64,000 nucleotides of DNA from Candidatus Kerfeldbacteria bacterium (GTDB lineage Bacteria > Patescibacteriota > Patescibacteriia > UBA9570 > XYC2-FULL-38-9), in contig JACPGJ010000008.1 of the NCBI GenBank assembly GCA_016182555.1, forward strand, positions 220,272 through 284,271. Reading direction: 5' to 3'. The notes beneath the pieces are model-generated. The model did not search any database, was not told the DNA's origin, and saw only the letters and a list, made by a program, of their open reading frames with translations. Both the position numbers and the translations under genes were made by a program. Positions 58,103-64,000 of this stretch are shown one piece after another. Within the stretch, counting starts at the first letter, position 1, and every line of letters starts with the position of its first letter.

Positions 58103-58294
58103 ACCGGATCAGTATAAACAAAAGGTCATTCTTTGACAAGGGACACCGTCGAAAAAAACTGAATCTCTCCGCGTTGTTCACTGGATGGTGAATGAATCGT
58201 CTATTTTGGCTAGTTTCAGCTGTATTATGAGACTGTGGGAAAATACGGTTAAAGACCCTTGAAAAAATAGTCAAAATATGATAGTTATACTGTA

Positions 58295-61200
58295 ATGCAA
58301 ATCTCTATTTTCTCCCTCATTATGTATCATTCCTGGTTAAGAAAAATCATTCTTGGCCTCAGCTTCATGGGCATGCTTTTTCTTTGTTCCGCTTCTTCAA
58401 CATTTGCCGCTACTTGGACAGTGAATTCTCCTGAAGATTCCAGTGACGGCAGCTGCACAATGCCCTATACCAACGTCAGCAACGATTGTACATTACGTGA
58501 AGCTGTGGCTGCAGCGAACGCCACGAGTGATGCTGATACGATTACCTTCAGTATCGATAGTTCATTTACATCGAATGCTTCATATTATGCGGATGGACAA
58601 TATACCATTACCCTTGCTTCTGCTGTCACAACTATTTCTGGTCCGACGACCATATCTGCCGCAAGCAGTTGGGATAGTACACACGATCGACCAGGAATTC
58701 GTTTATATAGCAGCAGTACGTCATTTAACGCCCTCACGTTTGGGAGTGGCGCAACGAACAGCCGTGTCTCGGCTCTTGAGTTGGCAGGATTCAATACCGC
58801 GATCACCGCAAGCGGAACAGGAATGACTATTGGAACGAATTGCGATGGAGTGGATGATTCCGCTGAACGAAATATTTTACATAGTGGCATTGTTGGCATT
58901 GCAGCCAACAGTGCGCAATTTCATATTACCGGAAATATCATTGGATTAGATGACGATGGCGACACCTATCGCGGATATAGCAAACAAAGTATCAATATCA
59001 CCGGTGCGGCAACCGATAACGGTATCATTGGTTTTCATGAAGGCAGTACCGGTAGTTGTTCAGCAGCGACACAACGCAACATCATTGCCGGGAGTACAGG
59101 TTCATTCGCAACAATTGCTGTCACTGGAACGGGAACCGCGAAACTTGCTGGCGATACCGCCCTTGGACCAGACCATATCAGTATTGCGGGAAATTATATT
59201 GGAGTCGATGTGACCGGAACCAAAAATCGCAGCGGAAAACAAAATAGCGGAACAGGAAGTGGCAGTGGGGTGGTTGTTTCAAACAACGCCACACTGAATT
59301 GGATCGGCACAGACGGAGATGGGCTTGATGATGAGCAAGAGCAAAATGTGATCGTATCCGCCAGTGTTGGTGTGAGTTTAAACAACGGCAATAATCGTGC
59401 AGCAGGAAATTATATCGGCGTGAATGCAATCGGAAACACAACCATGGGAAATACCATGTTGGTCGGCATTATTTTACGTGGCGTGAGTAGTATTGCTGGT
59501 TGGTGTGACACGAGTATTCATGCGGCACTCTGTTTTGATGGTGGATCCGAGACAAACCAACGAAATGTGGTGGGTGGGGCAACTTTAGAAGGCATACGAT
59601 TTGGTGTCGATGCCGATTCTTCTCTTATCTATGGAAATTATATTGGCGTAGGCGCCGATGGCACGAGCGATATTGGCAATACTACCGTTGGTGCTTTTGT
59701 GCATCGTGCATCCAAAAATAATCGTATTGGTGGTACGGGCTCACGCGCAAATGTGATAAAATTTAACGGCATCGGCATACAACTCAATGGCAGTTACACC
59801 GGCACGCCAACAACACGAGCGTCGCAGACACCGATGACGAACATTACCATTGCGGAAAATACCGTGACTAATAATGATACGATTGGCATTCAAGCCTATT
59901 GGACAGAAAATTATGACACGACGGTGGGCGTTGACAGTATTACGATCAATAATAACACCGTAGAAGATAATGGGACGATTGGTATTGATGTATGGGGATC
60001 TTCACCGACCATTGATGGGAATACGATTCGCGATAATGGCAGCTACGGCATGTCTATTCACCCTGCCTTCATTGCGTACAATACTTATACTGAAGCGGTG
60101 GAAAGTTATTCACCGGCAGACGCGGCTACGAATCTTGGTGCGTTTCCGATCGTTACGAATAATACGCTTGCCAGAAATGGCGCGGAGGCCATCTATCAAC
60201 TCGATGCATCAGCAGAAAATAGCAACACGTTGTATAGAGATAACACCTTTGGGGATACCAATGGTTTTTCCGCGATTGCACAAACATGGTATGGCGCATT
60301 GGAAATTCTTGATCGCGATGGAAACCCGATTCCAACGGCGACATGGACAAGTACCACAGGTATACTGACTCCCGAAGATACCGCTTTGCTCGATACAGCG
60401 CGGGAAACGAGCGCGGCAAATGATGTGAATGGAAGTGACATGGTTTTTGGTCCAAGCGGAATAAGCTACACAGATGTACGCACCTGGTTGGTGATGACTG
60501 CCTATACAGTCAGCGGTGACGGAACACAAACTGATTTTAATACTTATACTGTTCGCAGTGACGGAACGTATGCTGCCGGTGCAGCACATGCAACGACATA
60601 TACATTTGACGGACTCGATAATGAAACCGCGTATGCTGATGTGCTTCCCAATGGCATACAAACCGATGGAGTCTATCGATTTCAAATTGCCAAAGTGCGC
60701 GCGTCCACAATTCCTGAAACACCAATGAATAACACACCCAACGATGGGTCTATTGACCTGCCGCCAGCCAGCGTCACACTCCAAACTTCCATATTTAACG
60801 ATGCGGAAGAAACACATCAATCTTCAATTTGGCAAATTTTTTCTACGGTGGAAGCGTGTGATACAAATGGAACTGCAGATATATTCGATATCACTTCTTC
60901 TAGTGCGTTAACGAATCTCACGCTATCTGCTGATGTGCTCACGGAAGAAACAACGTATTTCTGGCATGTCGCATATATCAATTCCTACGACAACGTCAGC
61001 AATTTTTCTCCCTGTACATCGTTGACGACACTTCGTACAACACCAGCATTATCTTCCGCTATCCCTGATCAACAATGGAATGAGGACGAACAGTTGAATA
61101 ATGCGGTTGATTTAGATGATTATTTTACGGATGCTGAAGGAGAAACACTAACCTATACTGCAGTGGTGACCGACATGGAACACATGAATGTACGCATTGA

Positions 61201-62938
61201 TACGGAAACACATATCGTTTCCTTTACTGCCACGGAACATTGGTTTGGTACTGGTAGTGTTATCTTTACAGCGTGCGATACCGACGGTCAATGCGAATCA
61301 TCTAACAACATACAGCTTACAGTCAATACCGTGAATGATATTCCTGGAGCACCGATGGGTGGCTTTTTGCCAACCAACGAAACAACGGTGACCACATTCA
61401 CTCCAACACTTTCTTGGAATGATGGATCGGATATTGAAGATACTGGAGCGAACTTACAATATGAAATTCACATCAGTACACAACCGAATCCACAGACAGA
61501 TACATCCAGTAGCGTGTTGTTTAGCGCACTCGGTGCATCGACAATCACGTTGAGTGAAAAATTGTTAAACAACACAACGTATTATTATGCTGTACGAACG
61601 ATTGATTCCAATGGTGCGGTTTCGGATTGGTCGTTGATCGGTTCATTTGTGACTAACGTGGTGACTGTACCGACAATCACCCTTTCAAAAACCATTGAAG
61701 TGATTGATAGTGATAGCGGAGAAATGTATACGATTGCCAGAATCTATGACCTCACACCACCGTGTCGATTGATCACTGCGACAATGACTACCAATGACGT
61801 ACATCCGGGTGATACTTTGCGTTTTACGCTACAATTTAATAATATCGGAAATATACTCGCAACCTCCGCAGTCATCACAGACAATATACCTGCCGATACA
61901 GATTTTGTTATAGGGTCAAGCACACGCACAGAAAATGGAATATCCACTGCGTTTAATGATGCTACAACTGTGGATGGCACAAGTCTTTCTTTTGCTGTCG
62001 GTGCTGTTGCCGCAGGAACTAGCCAAAGTATTTCATACGATGTTGCGTTGAGGAATCCACTGGCGAATACGAGCATCGATTCTGCAGCCGCCCTATTCAC
62101 CGCAACAGAGATTGATGATGGATCTCAGGTGGTTTCCAATACAACGAGTGTACCCGTAACGTCCGGTACTGTCCGTCTACAAGTAAAAACCAGCGCTGGA
62201 GTGGGTATGCAAAATACCACACTGCGGTTATATATCGATAACGTGAATGTAGACAATGAAATTCTCACGACAGCTACTGATGCCGATGGAGTCGCCATCG
62301 TGAATGGATTACGTGCCGGTACTTACTGGGTGGAAGCGCTAGTAGATAAAACACGCTATACCATTCCAGAGCCGCAGTTGATTATATTGACGTATAACGC
62401 CACAACAACGAGCACATTGACGATTGCTGATGAACAAAAAAAAAGCGAATCTGATGACGTCGTTGAAGATACAAAACCCGATAACACAGATGACTCTACG
62501 TCAAATGCTGATGAACAGGAAGAAAATGATACGCCCAAAGATACCTCTGATGAAAATGAAACCACAGAACCAGATGATGGAGAAGCATCGGTAGATGAAG
62601 CTGATGATACGACCAATGACCAAGCCGTTGAACAAGCGGTGATACCTGAACAAATAAATAGTGCAACCACACATAATTATTATATCACGGACAAAGCGTA
62701 TCTTGGGGCAAACAACACTGAAACAACAACGGAAACCACCGTCTCTGCGCCAACCAGTGGACAAATCATTGACGAAACGAATGCAACAACCAAACAATCA
62801 CCGATCACCAATGAAGAAGTGACTGGTTCAAATAGTCAACCAAAAAAACGACGAGTGGCAATCGTGCTCATTATCATGACCAGTGCGTTACTCCTATTGC
62901 TCAATCGCAAAAAATTATTCAAACATGGGGATCGTTGA
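58295..62938 (+). CDS. giant (1547 aa) secreted surface protein: signal peptide, parallel beta-helix repeats, Ig/FN3-like and DUF11-like domains, acidic stalk, C-terminal TM anchor
   Basis: Repeated NNT(V/I)xxNxxxGI beta-helix motifs (ITINNNTVEDNGTIGIDVWGSSPTIDGNTIRDNGSYGMSI). D/E/T-rich segment near the end. C-terminal VAIVLIIMTSALLLLLNRKK. Confidence 0.6.
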   Translation: MQISIFSLIMYHSWLRKIILGLSFMGMLFLCSASSTFAATWTVNSPEDSSDGSCTMPYTNVSNDCTLREAVAAANATSDADTITFSIDSSFTSNASYYADGQYTITLASAVTTISGPTTISAASSWDSTHDRPGIRLYSSSTSFNALTFGSGATNSRVSALELAGFNTAITASGTGMTIGTNCDGVDDSAERNILHSGIVGIAANSAQFHITGNIIGLDDDGDTYRGYSKQSINITGAATDNGIIGFHEGSTGSCSAATQRNIIAGSTGSFATIAVTGTGTAKLAGDTALGPDHISIAGNYIGVDVTGTKNRSGKQNSGTGSGSGVVVSNNATLNWIGTDGDGLDDEQEQNVIVSASVGVSLNNGNNRAAGNYIGVNAIGNTTMGNTMLVGIILRGVSSIAGWCDTSIHAALCFDGGSETNQRNVVGGATLEGIRFGVDADSSLIYGNYIGVGADGTSDIGNTTVGAFVHRASKNNRIGGTGSRANVIKFNGIGIQLNGSYTGTPTTRASQTPMTNITIAENTVTNNDTIGIQAYWTENYDTTVGVDSITINNNTVEDNGTIGIDVWGSSPTIDGNTIRDNGSYGMSIHPAFIAYNTYTEAVESYSPADAATNLGAFPIVTNNTLARNGAEAIYQLDASAENSNTLYRDNTFGDTNGFSAIAQTWYGALEILDRDGNPIPTATWTSTTGILTPEDTALLDTARETSAANDVNGSDMVFGPSGISYTDVRTWLVMTAYTVSGDGTQTDFNTYTVRSDGTYAAGAAHATTYTFDGLDNETAYADVLPNGIQTDGVYRFQIAKVRASTIPETPMNNTPNDGSIDLPPASVTLQTSIFNDAEETHQSSIWQIFSTVEACDTNGTADIFDITSSSALTNLTLSADVLTEETTYFWHVAYINSYDNVSNFSPCTSLTTLRTTPALSSAIPDQQWNEDEQLNNAVDLDDYFTDAEGETLTYTAVVTDMEHMNVRIDTETHIVSFTATEHWFGTGSVIFTACDTDGQCESSNNIQLTVNTVNDIPGAPMGGFLPTNETTVTTFTPTLSWNDGSDIEDTGANLQYEIHISTQPNPQTDTSSSVLFSALGASTITLSEKLLNNTTYYYAVRTIDSNGAVSDWSLIGSFVTNVVTVPTITLSKTIEVIDSDSGEMYTIARIYDLTPPCRLITATMTTNDVHPGDTLRFTLQFNNIGNILATSAVITDNIPADTDFVIGSSTRTENGISTAFNDATTVDGTSLSFAVGAVAAGTSQSISYDVALRNPLANTSIDSAAALFTATEIDDGSQVVSNTTSVPVTSGTVRLQVKTSAGVGMQNTTLRLYIDNVNVDNEILTTATDADGVAIVNGLRAGTYWVEALVDKTRYTIPEPQLIILTYNATTTSTLTIADEQKKSESDDVVEDTKPDNTDDSTSNADEQEENDTPKDTSDENETTEPDDGEASVDEADDTTNDQAVEQAVIPEQINSATTHNYYITDKAYLGANNTETTTETTVSAPTSGQIIDETNATTKQSPITNEEVTGSNSQPKKRRVAIVLIIMTSALLLLLNRKKLFKHGDR

Positions 62939-62949
62939 GTTCATTTCGC

Positions 62950-63957
62950 TCAACGAAAAAATTTATCAGCTTTATCTTGTATTTCTCTCTTTAATCTCCC
63001 CGCAGCTTGATCTTTAGCATCCACTTGATCTGGTGTGAGTGGACGTCTTCCTTGTACATTTTTTCCTGTTTCTTCGCGCACTCTATTCAGTGTTGCCAAA
63101 AATTCTTGTCTCTCTTCTGAAGAATCGTGGTTCATATAATAACTGACATGCTCTAAAAAATCTATTTGAGCTGGCGTCAATTTCGTATCAAGAAATTTAC
63201 GCATGTCCAGTTGGAGGGCTGGGTCTGATACTGCTTGAGTAGGATCTAAAATAGGCGCGTCTTCCTTGTATATATTGTCCATTTGAGACCGCCCACCCTG
63301 TTTTGTTAACCAAATCGTTACGTGCGCATATAATCGTTTCATGACTTCGGCCAATACTTTATCTGGTACAACGTTATCTGTTGTTTGTTCTGCCTGAAGA
63401 GCAGCAATATCTGACTGAGACATCATACTCGGATAATGTATTGCGTCCGGGGTATATAACCGTTGCCAAAATGATTGTGCGATATCTTCAACATCTTCTG
63501 TGGGAATATAGCCTAATTCATTGAATAATCTTTTTTCAATGTATGTATAAAAATATCCTTGCAATCGCATCACATGCCCGGTTGATTGTTTTAACGTTGT
63601 ACGCTGTTCTTGATTAAATATTGCTCTTTTATGAGATGCAGAGTGTTCCGCACCTTGGTGTTGCACTGTTTCTGAGAGCATAGATTGCAATTGCGTTTCA
63701 GGTGGTATCACACACACTGCTGGGTATATGTGAATAAGATTGAATAAATTAGGTGCGTATTTTTTTAACCACTCATGATTAAAGAGTTCTGTTGTTTGTT
63801 GATCTTGCCAAGTTTGAAAAGCTAAAATGATACCCTCTTGCCATATTTGTTTAATTTCTGCTACATCGCGTTCAGATTCCTGTTGACGAGCCAGCTCCTG
63901 AGCATACTGCTTCATCGCTTCATCTAATAAACCTTGATGTTCTAATTGCTTTATCAA
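62950..63957 (-). CDS. hypothetical protein
   Basis: 335-aa ORF; the track start is TTG, and the true start may be the in-frame ATG (about 63915). Confidence 0.3.
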   Translation of the reverse strand: MIKQLEHQGLLDEAMKQYAQELARQQESERDVAEIKQIWQEGIILAFQTWQDQQTTELFNHEWLKKYAPNLFNLIHIYPAVCVIPPETQLQSMLSETVQHQGAEHSASHKRAIFNQEQRTTLKQSTGHVMRLQGYFYTYIEKRLFNELGYIPTEDVEDIAQSFWQRLYTPDAIHYPSMMSQSDIAALQAEQTTDNVVPDKVLAEVMKRLYAHVTIWLTKQGGRSQMDNIYKEDAPILDPTQAVSDPALQLDMRKFLDTKLTPAQIDFLEHVSYYMNHDSSEERQEFLATLNRVREETGKNVQGRRPLTPDQVDAKDQAAGRLKREIQDKADKFFR

Positions 63958-64000
63958 TAGTGCGTACTTTGGAGTTGTTTGTATCCAGTTGAAAAAAGAT

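Noticed and set aside
1-64000. Calling the tRNA-Trp-flanked region a mobile element
   Set aside because: No integrase, recombinase, transposase or flanking direct repeat of the tRNA 3' end could be found, so it is reported as a decayed island (finding) rather than a mobile_element feature.

Overview
This 64 kb window looks like a low-GC (~40%), gene-dense bacterial chromosome segment, transcribed mostly on the minus strand. Housekeeping anchors are rpmG (L33), tRNA-Trp/Thr/Tyr, cspA, greA, ricT-tsf-rpsB, rpmE-prfA-prmC, clpB and secDF. Between them sits a lot of accessory material. (1) Downstream of the tRNA-Trp 3' end there is a defence islet: a truncated XRE-HTH (C-protein-like) remnant, an EcoRI-family N6-adenine DNA methyltransferase, an unknown 386-aa candidate restriction endonuclease, a RhuM protein and a DUF262(ParB-like)-HNH nuclease of the GmrSD type. 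(2) A four-gene cluster encodes a P-loop kinase, a Fic protein, a CYTH/class IV adenylate cyclase and a second Fic protein. It has a consensus sigma70 promoter embedded in a perfect 13-bp inverted repeat and three 11-bp-phased direct repeats. (3) A tRNA-Thr(GGU) gene is interrupted after U36 by a 195-nt element with a complete group I intron fold (P1-P9). (4) Two tandem TrwB/TraD/VirD4-like P-loop ATPases with proline/glutamine-rich tails sit next to a Pro-rich membrane protein and a protein carrying only sigma70 region 4. (5) SecD carries an inserted, apparently permuted, parvulin-type PPIase domain. (6) Several unusual secreted or repeat proteins are present: a BNR/Asp-box protein, a poly-Asp calcium-binding repeat protein, a 1547-aa beta-helix surface protein and a Cys-rich 589-aa protein. 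There is also a 400-bp GC-rich islet and a DUF433/DUF5615 TA pair. No CRISPR array, integrase or transposase is visible. Starts of several ORFs in the supplied track use TTG/GTG; where an in-frame ATG with better homology support exists I moved the start. Any lineage assignment (a Patescibacteria/CPR-like small genome is my guess) is inference only.
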